A DNA stretch of 64,000 nucleotides, from assembly GCA_013265495.1 (NCBI GenBank), contig MU058337.1, forward strand, positions 3,378,686 through 3,442,685, in the 5' to 3' direction. Positions 41,560-55,644 of this stretch are shown here, piece by piece (the stretch's first letter is position 1; each line of letters opens with the position of its first letter). The translations under genes were made by a program, and so were the position numbers. Source of the DNA: Vicugna vicugna (Eukaryota). The notes under the pieces were generated by a model. The model was given only the letters and a program-made list of their open reading frames with translations. It was not told where the DNA came from and did not search any database.

Positions 41560-42749
41560 CTTAAAGGAAGAAAAGTGAGGCTTCATTTTGGTTTAATTCT
41601 TCTTGACGCTTTTAGCTTATATAGGAGATAAGAGGGAAATACCAGCTTTACATACTTCAAACAGAATTAGCAAGCACCACTCTTAATTCCCATATTTTAA
41701 GGGCAAAATATACAATCAAAAGGGTTGGCTCTGTAAAATATTTTCCTAAATCCTCCAGCTTTTTTAAAAGAAAGAGACACCTGGCTGCCCATATGTTACA
41801 TTTTAATTTGAATACTTTTGGCAATATCTTATTTACATAATAGTCAAAGATTAAAACGTGTAGGACCAAGTCAGAAGTATAGCAAAAGAGATAAAGCAAT
41901 AACTCCCATGAATGGAAATTAAAACACACACACATATGGATAAATGCAGAAGCAATGCTATAACAATGTGGCAATAACCAATGTGTTTCTAAAAAATAAT
42001 GATCTAAAGTAAAACTTAAAGGATACTTGGAACCTACTGCAACAAACCAGTGAGTTGAAATCTCCTATAGAACTGTAGTGATTGAGAAGAGAAAGGATGC
42101 TTAATAAAATTCAGTTGCTTTTCTGAATTAAAGGCAAGTTACACTAAAATGTTTAAGAGCATCAAATTTTTGTTTCCAAATTTGTAAAGTCTCAGGATAG
42201 AGACAAACTGTCCTAAACTGATGCATCAGAAAAGTCATGAGAAACCACATAACCCTAGTCTTCTTTCAAATCCATGAACACAAACAACAACAAAAATGTG
42301 GAAATTCCAAGTTTTTTATCTCAATAATTTAGATTACTTTTCTGGCAGTCTAATCTTTTAAATCTTTCAGTACATCAATCCAGGTAAGATATAAAAGGGA
42401 AAGATACTATGTTACCTTCAGGAATATTCACAATCTCAGGTAGCAAATAAATACACTAAATTTTTAAAAATTATGTTTTCCATGTGTATCTCCCCTCAGA
42501 ATGCTCAGTATCTACTTAACGACCTTGTTTGCTGTATCATTACAATTTCTGGAGAGCTCTTGCTAAAGGAACTTTGAAAAAAATCTACAATAGTTAAAAA
42601 GCAGGAGGAGATAATTACTTTCATTAATGAGCTTGCTTACCAGATTCTGCAACAGTCGCTTGCACGGCAGGAGAGCCAGGCTATTTTTATGTCAGATATA
42701 CTTACCCTTGACATTCCTTAATTACTTTTCTTAGTCTTCCTTGACTCAC

Positions 42750-42859
42750 CTTAACTGCCATGAGTGTGACCCCCAAATCCATCACTAATTGTAGGTAGTT
42801 CAGATGACCATCACCCACCACTGGGCTTGATATGTAATACTGGTCCCGAAAAGGTCAAG
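42750..42859 (-). pseudogene. Putative exon, 110 bp
   Basis: tttctttaaaacaag|CTTGACC .. TTAAG|gtgagt (consensus donor). The phase 2 to 1 reading fits its neighbours but contains stops; frame uncertain. Confidence 0.5.
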
Positions 42860-44021
42860 CTTGTTTTAAAGAAATTAGAATCACAAGCTCTATATGAGAT
42901 CTCAATCCTTAGGTTTATTTTTAACTCTGAGAATAAAAACTTTAAAACTTGGAATGAGAAGATTGTCATTCATGTACTCAATTTAAAAAAGAAAATATTA
43001 TGAAGTCTACAATAAGCAGTGATATTCACAAGGGATACATGAGAGAGGGTTTGGAAGAACAATTACAGTTACCAAGTTACTGAATACTGAAGATTTCTGT
43101 GTGTCAAATTGTTTCCATTATTTATTTTGTTAAATTTTTACAATAATCTGATGCAATTAAAAATGAATCCACTGGTTACCTTGATGGTTTAAGATAGGAT
43201 GAGTAACTTGTCTACATGCTAGATCCTGGATTAAATCCCACAAAGCTGACATATCATTTTCATGCAGTGGCATGTCTGGGGTGGGGAGGGGGGCAGTAAA
43301 ATAAACCCCCTGACAATGCCATCTGCTCTCTTGTAAATTAAAACTGTTAATGATATTTGACAATGAAAGAGAATAAAGGCAACCAGGTGATTTGTATAAA
43401 TTTTGCATTATAGAGGGGTTTCTTTCTGTTTATTTGTTTAGAAGTAGAAATGCTTGTCAGTATATGGGAAGAGTAGTATTATGGAGTAGATTCCTAGAAA
43501 AAAGAAATTGAAGTAAAATGTTTAAAAATAACTTAAATGACTCTACGTGAGTCCTTATTGCCATATAGATTTGTAAAGCAAATTAACAGAGCTCTTTAAG
43601 TGACTCAAAGTGGTGACAAAGGGTAACAGAACTGAGGAGTGACCAGCAGGTGCAGCTTTCTTGGGCCCCAGGTACTCAGGGTCGGGTTCCTGGTCCTTGC
43701 CTGATGCGGCTGAATTCAGACAGGTCACTTTATGTACTTTACCTACAATTTCTAAGGAATTATTTACAATCTCTTAAGGCACATGCTTTAACTATATTCC
43801 CTAGTACTAGGGAATGCTGGACATGCTTGTTATCACCATTAGCTTAGTGCCTCCTAAGAGGAAAATTCATACATAACGTTGAAAGTAATGAGACTATATG
43901 TCCCTTGAAGACTGATTAAATAGAATTGTGACCGTAGGTGACAGAGCTAATCACACTGACTCGGATCCCATGACCGTGGGAGCATATCTGAGACATATTC
44001 ATGTAGAAATAATGCTGGTAC

Positions 44022-44189
44022 CAGTTACTGTGGAACAGTCACTTTGTCCATGAAAACGTACTGATTGATACGGGATACCGACATTGTCACTGGCTGTCTT
44101 AGTATCATCATGGCTCTAAATAACTGATTTTACCAAAATGCATCGATCTTGATCTTTGTCCACGTGACACCAAGTCCTTCACGTGACAA
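44022..44189 (-). pseudogene. Putative exon (3' boundary uncertain: 44043, 44029 or 44022)
   Basis: Good acceptor ttcctctgtgtactttag|T TGT CAC; phase-2 frame reads CHVKDLVSRGQRSRSMHFGKISYLEP before a stop or frameshift. Confidence 0.4.
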
Positions 44190-46859
44190 CTAAAGTACAC
44201 AGAGGAAATCAGCAGCTTAGCCTCTAAGATTCATCCTGATTTAGATTTTTTAAGTTTTTGATTCTTGTAGCTTATATATAGTGTTTCTCTTGTCTTTTGA
44301 TTCTATGGTAATGTTTCTCCTGCACCCACATGTCCCGCAGGACACAGTACAATCTATTATAGCAGAAGGAGCATGGAAGTTGTACTTATGAAGAACTGGA
44401 TTTATATCCTGATTTTGGCAAGTAATCTATTGTACATCATAATTGTATTTATGAGCTACAGTTTCTGCATATTGATTAAAATATCTCTGCTCCAGAATTA
44501 TATTTAGAATGTCTAAACCTTACATAGTATTGGCAGCATTTCTGTCTCTCAGTAAATACTGTTTATTTCATTATCTGGTACATGACTAATTTACGCTCTC
44601 ACACCCTCATGTACACCGGCAAGGTGGGTGGTTCTATTTTTTCTGATCCTCACGGGTGCCCTGAATCATTTCCGTGCCCCTCTGTGTTACCTACATGCTC
44701 TCTCCTAGAAAACAAAGCTCTCATCTTTTCCGTATCACACGTGCAATTTTTCTGCACTCTAATTCCTTTTCTTTGTCACTGGATTATGTCAAATTAAAAA
44801 TTAGACCTTTCCTTTCATTAATTTTATAACCATTTTATATTATCCTACTACATCTTTACCTTTATAGACAATGTCTTCTTTAAGGAAATTAAGAAAATAA
44901 ATGCTATTTTTACTATTTTCCTGTTTCCTGAAATAAATAGATTTCATAGCTTTAAAAATAATTATTATATTTATTATTATTATTCTATTAATCATATTTA
45001 ATTATTTTACTTAATTTTCATTCTTTGGGTTCTTCCTTTTTTGGATTTCAGCATTTTCTCACAGATCACTTCCTTTCTTTTTTATTTTTTGGCCTTTTTT
45101 GCTCACTGGATAAAGACCCCTACCACACAGACATCTTACTCTTTCTAAAGTCTTTCGTGTAAGGTTTCTCTTTGGGACACCTGCTCCTACATGCAGTCAC
45201 TCTAACATCGGGTTTCTCTTTGTTAAGCCATCCAGCTCAAATCTCTTTTCATCTCTCTGAATTAGTGGATTTCTCCCAGTCTCCACAGACATCCTCAAAT
45301 CAATGCTTTCACAAGCAGGGGATTCATGAGATACACTCCAAATCCTTTTATTTCCATTTACATATCCCCTCATAACTTCTGGTGTTACTCTTTAACATCC
45401 ATATCTGATGATAGATAACGCATCCTTGTGCCTCCTCCCTCCCTCTTTTCTTTCTTTTAAGTTTTGTCTTTTTCTTTAGATTCTGGGAATCGATGCTTAG
45501 GTCCTGGATTGCACCTCAAAATTTCAGCCTGATTTTCTGCAACTGAACACAGTTTTATGGATCCCCTGAAACTCTGTCTCTGCGTGTAGCAGTAAATGCG
45601 GTGAGGAATATATCTGAATATTAGAAACTGATCCAGATTTTTTTAGAAGTCTATAGCAATTTATTCTTAAAAGGCCCACATTTACAAACTGAAATGCTGT
45701 TCTCAAACGTGAACTTTTAAAAGAAAGCTGTCCTCAAACTTCTAAAATAATAGAGAAAAATTTTAAGAAATATGACTTCTTTGACCAAATTGGGTAATTA
45801 TGAACTTCTTTAAATTAATATCTTCATTATGAAACATGATAAAAAAAATTCATCCCTTAGGGATTTTGTTTTTGTTCTTGTTTCCCTTTACTTTATAATA
45901 GCAAAAAAAAAAAAAACTTGTCTTAAAATATGGTTACAGAAATTATAAAAAAGAGACATTACAAGATCGGTATTCACTAATATCTGGCTCGTCGCTGAGT
46001 CTTAATTCAGAAAACTTAGAAGAAAAGGGTTACGTGATTTTCACTTGAGTAATTACTATCAAGATTTATTTTTAGTGTATTGTTGTAGACACTTACAGGA
46101 GTGAATCTTTCCTCTTTCTTCTGCCCATTCCTCCATCGTGGTTTACCATTTGGTAATCATAAGAATGATTTCAATCTTTAAGGAATGCAAATAACTATGA
46201 TTACCAATATCACTTGATAAGGAATATACCTTTCTCACTGAGTTAGGAGAAATAAAAAGTTTCAATACAAACAGCCCCTGTGCTGTAGGAATGTACAGTG
46301 TCAGTCAACGATGCAAGTCCACATTAGGAATACAGACATAAATAAACAATCCCAAGCATAAAATATGTGCATTTTAAATCCGAGAGTGATATGAAAGGGA
46401 CGAGGCTTTCCGGGAATTTGGAGGAATAAGTAATATGTTAAGAGGCAGGATTCAAAAAGGAGCTTAGCTCCTGGCCAAGCCCTCACTGCAAACTCCTTCG
46501 AGTTCCGCTGGGAGGAGGTCTGACTGGCACCCCCACGCTGGTGGCCACGTATGCCACCTGGGGTACAAACTCTCCAGTCCTTCTCAGAACAAATGAAGAG
46601 TTAGCTCTCATTCAAACCAAAATATGTTGCATTTTTCTGGCAGCAAGACCAGCAAACGCAAGTTATGATGTAGGTGATATTAGTCTACTGCTAAAGTGAA
46701 AAAAAAAAGTGAAAATAGAAAATTGGAAGCAGTATTGAGGAGCTCTGAGGTCAGAGATCTTGAGTTTGCATCCTGCTACTAGTCTGCAAAACCTTCTAAA
46801 ACTTAATGAATCTAAATCTCAGTTCATCTCAATGTCTATCACCTCATGTTATCATTACC

Positions 46860-48400
46860 AATAAGGGCCATCACTCCAATCCAAATTCCATGCATCCCAC
46901 TCAGGGATAACTTCCATCTTTCGTTTCAGCTTTATCTTGTACCGTATTTTTATCAAATTTTCATCTCCACCAGGACCTCCAGTTTATTGATTCTACCAGA
47001 TTTTAACTGTCCATCATTTCCTTGACAGCAATTCTCTCCTTCTTACCTAACTTAAATCCATGATAAATTATTATAACCCCTCCCTTCCCTTACACACGCG
47101 ACTGCCTTACTCATTTGTACACTTCTTTTCTCTCGGTCTCTCTCTCGTCTCCATTAGAAGAAAGCAAAACTTGAATTAAATCTAAGTTTCTGTCTGCTCC
47201 ACACAGCACGTGTGCAGCTGGATAAGAACCACACCTGACAACTGGCTTTACTTGCAAATGGTAACGCTGAGCCTCAAGTGTCCCCTCAGTGCTGTCAGGC
47301 GACCATGCTCTTCCCTAGGTTCCTAGGATATTACTTTTCCCTTTTCCAAGGGAAGACTTCAATCTCTATTCTTTTCTCAGACCACAGTGTCTCCCTGTCC
47401 ACTCTCACTTTTAACTGGCTACCCAGACCAGAGCCACACACATCTGCCAACTACCAGCGTCTGCACCCCTTCACTCTGCATTCCTGCGTCTTACTGTAGA
47501 TGGGACATCACAGGCCTCCTGACTCCCTCCACTTCTGCACCAGCTCCTGCTTTCTTCTCCTTACACTCCACGACTCCAGTCTCCACTCGTCTAGCATCAT
47601 CTGTTCTTTACTCTCTAGTGGACCATTTCCATCAGCATCCCAAGAAACCATTACTCTGCCCTTCATTAAAATATAAAGTAACCAGAAAACTTCTTTTGAA
47701 TCCACTTCCACTTTGTTTGCTTCTAATTGTCTGCATTACTGTCTCCAAAATTTCTTTCTACCCATTCTCACAACAACCCAGTAAGCTTTGGTTTCCACCA
47801 TCCCAGCAAAACTTCTACCCTTAACACGATCGATGATTTCTTTGTTGCTGAATTCCATGGTAAATTCTTGGGAGATGATAACAGTTACTCATTCTTCCTT
47901 CTTAAAACATTTTCTTCACTTGATTTCAAGGAGAGCTTACCCCTGGCTTTTCCACTTTCCTCCTTCAGTATCCATCAGTCTTCTTCACTGGATTTTCCTG
48001 CCTCTCATTCTGCTTGAGAGCCCCAGGGCCCTTCTCTTGTCTAACTACCCTGACGCCCCTGGTAAGCTCCTCCAACCCAAGGTTTTAAATGTTATTTGTA
48101 TATTAACTACCTCCAAATGTAGTGCTCTCTTTGGGCTTCTCTCCCAAACTGGCAAAGGTATCTCCACCTGGATATCGAATCTTAATCTCAACATGTTCAA
48201 AGATAAATTTCTGATTATCCCCCCAAACCTGTTTTACTCACAATTTTCCCATTTATGTTGATGGCATATCTGTTCTAACAATTCCAGTGGTCAAGCCCAT
48301 AGAGTTATCCTCATCTTCCCACTTGTATCACAACTGACATTCAATCTGACATGAAATCCAGTTAACTCTACCTTTAAAACATATCTAGAATCAGATTTAT
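46860..48400 (+). mobile_element. Long L2 LINE fragment (ORF2 region)
   Basis: Pyrimidine-rich L2 sense motifs (tctccacctggatatc..ttaatctcaacatgttcaaa..gttatcctcatcttccc..ctctacctttaaaacatatctagaatc); explains the long S/L/P-rich ORFs here. Confidence 0.75.
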
Positions 48401-48949
48401 CCTTAGTATTTTTGTTACAGTTTTAAACAGCACCAATCTAGAATTAATATTTATGTTCTATTTAGCATAGAGGTAACTTTAAGGTCTATCAGAACAAATA
48501 TTTTAAAACTTGACATATCTATTTGTATACATATATAACATATACATGTACACATAAACATATACATATATTAATATATGTATGTACCCATGCATACATA
48601 TATTGAATATTAAATATACATGTAATATTAACAAAACTAACCATTTTGTTCAAATTTCTTAGAGCTTTTAGTAAATTAAATAAAAATAAAATATTTGAGA
48701 AACCTATATTTGATTCTGTATTGGATTTCTCAGCAGATCATGAAAAATATTTAAGACAATAATGACACAGTAAATTACTACAGTGTTAAAGAATTGTGTT
48801 TTGTATGTGCCTGTTTTATTTTCCCATGCTCATTGCCTTCTAAAATTGCCTTTGCATTGTCAGTATTCCTAAAAGGAATTTTTTTGAGGTTACATCCTGT
48901 TTGTATTTGTTTCTTTTTATTTTCATAAACGTGGACAACACAACAGCAC

Positions 48950-49630
48950 AATGACAAGCCTTTCCAAATGCGCTAGAACCCTGAGGATGTCCCTCAAATC
49001 AATGTAGTTCTCTCCACCTACCTGCCCAATGGATCCTTCACAATATTCATAGTATAATGTCAAATCCTACTACGTCCTGCCCTTGCTTAACAGCTCTCTT
49101 CTGCAGAATAAAGTTCAACTTCCTTCTGCTGGTAGGCGAGGTCCTCCACGAGCTGCCTTTGTTTGCCCATCGTCTCGAGAGATCTGCCTTTGCCTCCCCA
49201 TTTCCAAGGACACCAGCCGTAGTGCCTTCATAAAATCCCCTAAAACACCACATTCCTCTCCGAAGCACTGTGCACATACTTCCCAATGCGTGACATTTCA
49301 AAAATATAGAAAAATGCTTCCTCTATCCCAGAGACTCTGCTCACTGACCTTTGGTGACTCCTACTCACCCTTCAAAACCCACGCAGGCCTTAGTTCCAAG
49401 GGGGGTGGTTGCGGAGCACCCAGACTGGCCTCGCAGCCTCTCCTGCGTTCCCGCAGCACGTTGCAGCCCCTCCGCGTCCGCGCTTCCTGGCCTGTTCACT
49501 TGCTTGCCTCCCACAGGAGGCTGTACGATTTGAAGCGGGAGCAAAGGCGTGCCATTCTCTCAGCCCAGATAGCACCTGATACAGGGGAAGTTCTCAGTTA
49601 CGGTGGTTTGCTGACCGCACACTAACGCAC
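48950..49630 (+). mobile_element. L2 3' portion
   Basis: ctgcttaacagctctc..agaataaagttcaacttcct..actcctactcacccttcaaaaccca..cccagatagcacctgatacagggga. Confidence 0.6.
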
Positions 49631-52269
49631 GAATGGACAGTGAAACCTAGCCGCCCCGGGAGTGACAGACGCGCCGGAAGACACGGGGAGCAGTGGCTTC
49701 AGGGCGCGCAGCTCTGGTCTGCCAGCATCTGGCGCCCCCATCCCATCTGGAGTCGCAAGGCCGGATAGTTCTCATCGTGCTTCTGTCTTTGACATTCTGC
49801 GTAAAATTTAAAACTTTTCTTTTTTTTTTTTTCCATCTTTATTTTCTATTCCATTCTTTCACTTTTTGACATTGACTCAAATATTACGGCTAATGTTCTT
49901 ACCAAACAGTTTCACTTTGTTTTCAGTTTTTACTGTTTCTTAGCTTCCTCAGTGAATTTCCTTGTCCCTGCTGACTTAATTATCTTCCCTCAGACTACAG
50001 CTTTTATCACTGCCTCTTTGGGTTACATCTGCTCATTTTCTCGTATGATCTGTATGTCCCATGAGGGTTGATGGAAGGCTTGTTTGCAAAGCTTTTCACC
50101 GCAGGCTCTTAAATTTATCATTTATCTGCAAAAACCTCCTCTTTGACATCCACTTTACTTAACAATTTTACTCTTAAAACACACTTGCCACTGACTTTTA
50201 CAAAGTTCCAAGCCCCTCTCAACCGTATTTAATTGTCTCATACTCTACCTGAATTACTGCCAGCATCTGAGTCATAATCAGTAGACAAAAAAAATTATAC
50301 CTGGCCTTCTAGATTTTTTAATTGAGTCTAATTCAGTGACAGTCCTTTATTTCTCTTCCTACTTTTACAACCCGGCCCGAGGTTTCATCCTTTCAGTCAC
50401 TTCACAAACCATCCTTAAAAAGCTCGTTCAGCTCTGTGCTTCCACCGCACATGCTTGGGTCCATCAGACACATGAGTGGGTGCAAACTTCCAGATCCCCT
50501 GCTCACACACCTGGGGCTTGGGCGGTTCTAAGCAGCACTGACCAGGGGGCCGTGTGCAGAACTGTTCAACTTTGGTGAAGAAGCTGAAGTGGTCCCTGGA
50601 AGATTTACGGCCGGGGTCTGGCAGGTGACCACTTTGTTTGCACCTGGGCAGTGGTTCTCTCTTCAGGAGGATGTGAGCACTGCACATCTGTGTCTTCCAC
50701 AATCAGGTAGGAAAAGGGGCTGTCAGACTGTAGCCTGTGCACCCACGGGTCCCCAGCAATGGTCAGAACAAAAGTGTGAATGAAGAGTGTTTGACAGGAT
50801 AGCAAGATGGTGCCAACTCCATTAGCATCGTTATTTTCATTGTCTGGTCCGGACACTTGTTACTTGTCACCCAGTGTTTGCTCCTCATTTGTCTCATGAC
50901 AGTACTCTATTTTTTTTTTTTCCAATTAAGAGCAGCCACCTCCCTGGCTTTCAGTCCTGTGACTGGAAGGAGCCACCCAGGCTCCGTTTTCAAGGTGGTC
51001 CTAGTACAAGTCAGGCAGTAAACCCCAACCTCCCAGCCGAAGGACTGGTCCAGGCACACACAACTAATCCTACCCAGGCCGAAGGGATCCAGATGCAGAG
51101 CCTCTGCAGACAGCCTTCGGGAAAAGCGTCTCTTCCTCCTCTGCTGGCCTTGAGGAGGAGGATGCCGTCCCGGGGCTCCAGGAGCCTGCGGTGCAGACGT
51201 CACTTCCTCGGGGAGGGCGCTTATGTAGAGGTGAACAGAGCTCAGATGGAGAAACACAAGTTTCTGGTGACGCCCTGAGCCCCTTGATCAAGCCATTTCA
51301 GATATTCCCTGGAACATTATTTCACAGGAGACGATGAGTTCCTTTCTCATTATGCAAGTCTGAGTTGGCCTGGTTGTCACTTAATAAATCCTCCTGAGTA
51401 ACAACTGCACCCAGTTTCCAGACAGAACATTCAGACGCCGAGAGCTGAAGCGCTCTGTCCGGGATGGCGCAGGACAAGGCAGAGTCCGAGCCCTCCGTGC
51501 CTTGCACTTGAACTCAGACTTCCCAGCTGCGTTCCTTAGGATTAGACTCTTCCCCGGCTTATCTAATCAGTGACTTAACTTGAATAGCTTTTTAAATAGT
51601 TTGTCTTCTTTCAGCTTTGCCAGTTCTCTCTCAGTTTAAACATTCTGGCAGTTCTAGACCAGAGTTCTCCTTCTAGAAGGAATATATGCCCAGGTTTTTC
51701 CTATTTAACAAACTACCCTTGTTTGCAATAACCTGCAGGATAAATCCCTGGTTTAGTGGATGGTGCGTAAACTCTGTTAGTCACACCAAACGTGCCCTGC
51801 TCAACTGTTCCCCCGTTTCTATTGAGACCTTTCCTGCAGCCTCGATCTCGGCGCCCAAGTCTTCCCCAGACCAAGAGTTGTATCATCTTGGGGGGGGGTG
51901 GTCTAAACTCACACCCCTTGGGAAGTCTGTGTCATCTTCATACACTGAATTGTGTACCTGGAGGGCGGGCATTATCTTTCATCCCAGTCCTGTCCCTTTG
52001 TAAAAAGAACGGTCCTTCGTGCATGATAACCCCTCATCCGCTTTTGAATTAACGAATTGTTTTACTAGCTGCCTCTTCTGTTGTGAGACTCCAAAGACTG
52101 AAAAAAAAAAAAATTTTTACAGTTTTGGCCATGTCAGCTAAATCAAGGGGATACAAAGACAAAAAAAGAACCAGTCATCTTTTCATCAGTAAGGTATCAT
52201 TTACTTTTTGATAGCAGTGGACAATCACTAATAAAATATTCTTAACAAAAAAAAAATAGAGCCTTACTC

Positions 52270-52820
52270 TGACTAAGCACCTCTAGAAAAACAGAGGACA
52301 GAGAATGTGAAATAGGACACCAGTGAAATAATCAGAATATTTTAGACTGTGAGGAACTCTATGGGACTAGTTACTTGGAACGATTTCCAAATGCATTGCA
52401 AAAGGAATGTCAGCAAGGAGGACATTACATAGTAAAAGAGACTTGCAAGTTATCAACCAGTTACAAGATACAACTTTTTGAATCCTGATTCAGACTGTGA
52501 AACCAAATTATTCATGAGGCAAGTGGAGAAGTGAGCACTGACGAAATATTTGATGATCTTGAGCAATTTTTAAGAGAATGATAATGCTATGGTGGATATT
52601 TTTGTTAAAAATGGTCTCTCTTAGAAAAAGATATTGAAGTAATTTTAAATACAATGAAATGATAAAAGAATCTATTTAAATTCTGTGTGGGTTCCCAGGG
52701 AACAGGTGGGGATACAGAAGAAATTATATTGGATGGGAGTTTAAAATTTTTGGAGCAGGGTGTTGAGTACACCTGGGTTCATTGTGCTGTGCCTTTTATT
52801 TGTATACATGTTTGCGGTTT
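52270..52820 (+). mobile_element. L1MC/MD-type 3' UTR
   Basis: aaaagagacttgcaagttatcaacca..tgaatcctgattcagac..atatttgatgatcttgag..gggttcattgtgctgtgccttttatttgtata. Confidence 0.6.
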
Positions 52821-54057
52821 TTCACTTTAAAATATTTTAAAACACACTCATTATGTTGTACTCCAGTGTGTTTCATCTACAGTTGAGTGTAGAGGATCTC
52901 AGAACTTATCAAGAGGGAATTCAGCTTCTCTGACTTCGATGCCCACGTGGACAGCATTCTAGCCCAGCAGTGACACACTGATAACCATAGTGAAGGACAA
53001 ACAGATCATTTCAGCACCATCATTGTAAAAAGAAAAATCAAGTTTAACAGATTCCATGAATTCCTTTCTCCTGCCCTTCCTCCTTTCAAAACAAGGCAAA
53101 TATACTTGTTGTTATTTCTACAGAATCCAGTTTTCTGGCACCCGTTTCTTAGGAAATGTGTGGGTTACATTTTGGCAGCCAGTTACGCACGGGGACACTT
53201 ATGATTCAAAAAGGAGCTGAATCTCAGTGCTTGACGCGCTTTGAGGTACAGGCATCACATCAACAGGGAAAAGAAATGCAAAAAAGTCATTTTGCAAACA
53301 GGTTGCATAGACGACGTTTATTCCTGTCCTTATAAAAACAACTGCTGTTTCTTAAGATCATTGCCACGTTCTGCAATGACTTTAGCTCTAAAATGAATTC
53401 TGTCCCATTCGCCATCAAATGAAGGAGCTGGCTTGTCTTTATTTATCAGACTGATATCAGATTACCAAGTCATAGCAAATGCTGGTATTTGTTGAGAAGT
53501 AATTCAAATCCATTTCCCTTTAGAGAGGACTCACTGAAATAAAACTGAGAAAAAGAAAGCACTCTGCTCCTTAACAGTTATGAATCAACATCCTAAATGC
53601 ATCTCTCGTGCCTTTAAAACGGGTGGCTAAATTAAACAAGAACAGCATGGCATTAGATCACAGGATCTAAATTCCTTTGGGATTCTACTTAATGCAAATT
53701 CCACTTTTGGAGTTGAAAGGAAATTAGAGAAGTTTAGGGTGGATAAAATGTTTCAATCCAGGCCCTTACAAGAAACGGGGTAAATTACTGAGCATCTGCT
53801 CGGTGCAGTCACATTGGGGAATACAACATCTAGAAATGAAGCTCCAAAAAAAAAAATTAAAAAAAAATAGCTCTTTTCCCCAAAGACTAGCACCTAGTGT
53901 AAGTTATGTTATTTTTTAATGACTTCCGTTGGTTAAATAATTTTTTCAAAACCTTTTGAAACAAAACCAATTATTTACCTTATGAAAAGTTACTGCATGG
54001 ATGCCTAAATTAACAGACACCTAACCATGGCTGAGCCAGTCTTTGAGTTTCCCATAC

Positions 54058-54153
54058 CTTCTTCCTGGATGAAACTGACTCGACCTGCAGACATTCTACC
54101 TTATGTCTCACTTCTTGATGACTGACGGAATGATGGTTAGGTCAGCTGGTGGT
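54058..54153 (-). pseudogene. Exon, 96 bp, phase 2 to 2, two in-frame stops
   Basis: tgtatgtttcag|A CCA CCA .. AGA AG|gtatgg; (R)PPADLTIIPSVIKK*DIR*NVCRSSQFHPGR; TGA at 54108-54110 and TAG at 54096-54098. Confidence 0.65.
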
Positions 54154-54951
54154 CTGAAACATACACAGCGCACCATTTTTTCTCCTAAATCTTAATCTGG
54201 CTCATATAAGGGAAAATCCACTTACAGGTGTGCTCTTTCCTATAGCTTACTTGGCCACCTGATCCAAAGACCACTTCCAGGAAAGACTGATAACAAACAG
54301 GGAGATAGCATCAGCCAGCTACTGAGAGCTGCCAGCCTTTGAAGCTCCTCTCGGCTTACATGTAAATCATACACAACGAAGGCACAGAACATTAGAGGCA
54401 GAAATTCTGTAAAACCAGTTGAGCTGATTAGTACTCAATTACTGATGTTCCATCTGCTGGGGTGGTAATTTCTTTTTTTTTTTTTCAAACTGCCTGACTG
54501 AAAAGCTTCATTTCACAAAGAATCCATGCTCAATAGTCTCATGAGATGCACTTTATGGATGTACAAAAGGAGGAGATGGTGACAAATATGCAATCATTTT
54601 ATGAGGGTTTAATGCCACCATTAAGAAAACTAGCAACTCATATATGAAGGCACTCAGAAAATATGTTTCCTATAGTATGCAAATATGTATTTTGCCATCA
54701 GTGTGCTGAACAGAAGCTAGGACTGGAGCCTCCAGATTTTCATGCATGTATATAAAGGTATGAGTAAACAGATGAGGATATATGTCACTGCATAATATCC
54801 TATATTAGTGCAGATGCTAAGGTTAATATCCAACCATGAACTGTCCAGGGGACAGAGAAATAGTCACCTTTGAGTATTCCACACCTGCTCAAGTCACTCA
54901 ATGTTAAAGATTATTGCATCTTAGCCCCATGCAAACAAACATTTGATTTAC

Positions 54952-55123
54952 CTAAAATATTGTAATAATGATTCTATGTTTTCCAAGCAGTTATTCATCA
55001 TGATTTCTCTTCCCTTGTAGATTTGCTTATAAAAACAGCATGCACAGCTCATAAGGACCTGGAGTCTTGGCATCTCAGCAGTGATATGTCTCTGTAAATG
55101 ATACAAGTTGCTGAGAGAATAAT
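54952..55123 (-). pseudogene. Exon, 172 bp, phase 1 to 2, open
   Basis: catcacgtttctag|AT TAT .. TTT AG|gtaaat; YSLSNLYHLQRHITAEMPRLQVLMSCACCFYKQIYKGREIMMNNCLENIESLLQYF(R). Confidence 0.7.
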
Positions 55124-55644
55124 CTAGAAACGTGATGTTTATCATCGTAAATTAAAATGCTGGAAATCCGGTGTTTTATAGTATTTACAGATTTTGTGCA
55201 TGAAAGATGACTCCGTAATCAGTATAGTGACAAATCGGGTTGCTAGCCTGCAATTATTTTGAAGGTAACAGAAAATGTAAATTGGGCAATCTTTCATGAA
55301 ATTTTACTTAATAGACAAGAACTTGTTCTGATAACTTTGTAGATCATACAGCTTAGACTTAGTAACATCATGGAAGCAAACAACCCTTAAATCTCAGTAG
55401 CTCACTCGAGTCCAGGTTGGTTGTGCACATACACGTATGTCTTCCAGCGGGAGCCGTGGTTCTCTGTGCTGTCTTCCTGCCAGGACCCAGCCTGGAGGAG
55501 CAACTTCCACAGCAATATCACGATCTCACAGCAGAGGCAAAGAGAGATGGGGTGGAAGACACAGTGGTGTGAGAGTCTGTACACCTGATACGTATCACTT
55601 CTACTCACAGTTCACTGATTAAAGTAAAACCAGAGCCAGCACTG

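Noticed and set aside
35067..42859. Ubiquitin-like peptide (TLMAVK|GLIESFSVIP..QQRITVHWEKTL) from joining 42859-42750 directly to 35237 in phase 0
   Set aside because: It needs the 41559-41332 exon skipped and a large insertion in the fold; the phase-1 frame of the last exon stays open much longer and fits the exon chain. Probably coincidental.
47278..49625. Longest ORFs in the track (145, 157 and 180 aa)
   Set aside because: They lie in pyrimidine-rich L2 remnants and have S/L/P-biased composition without splice support.
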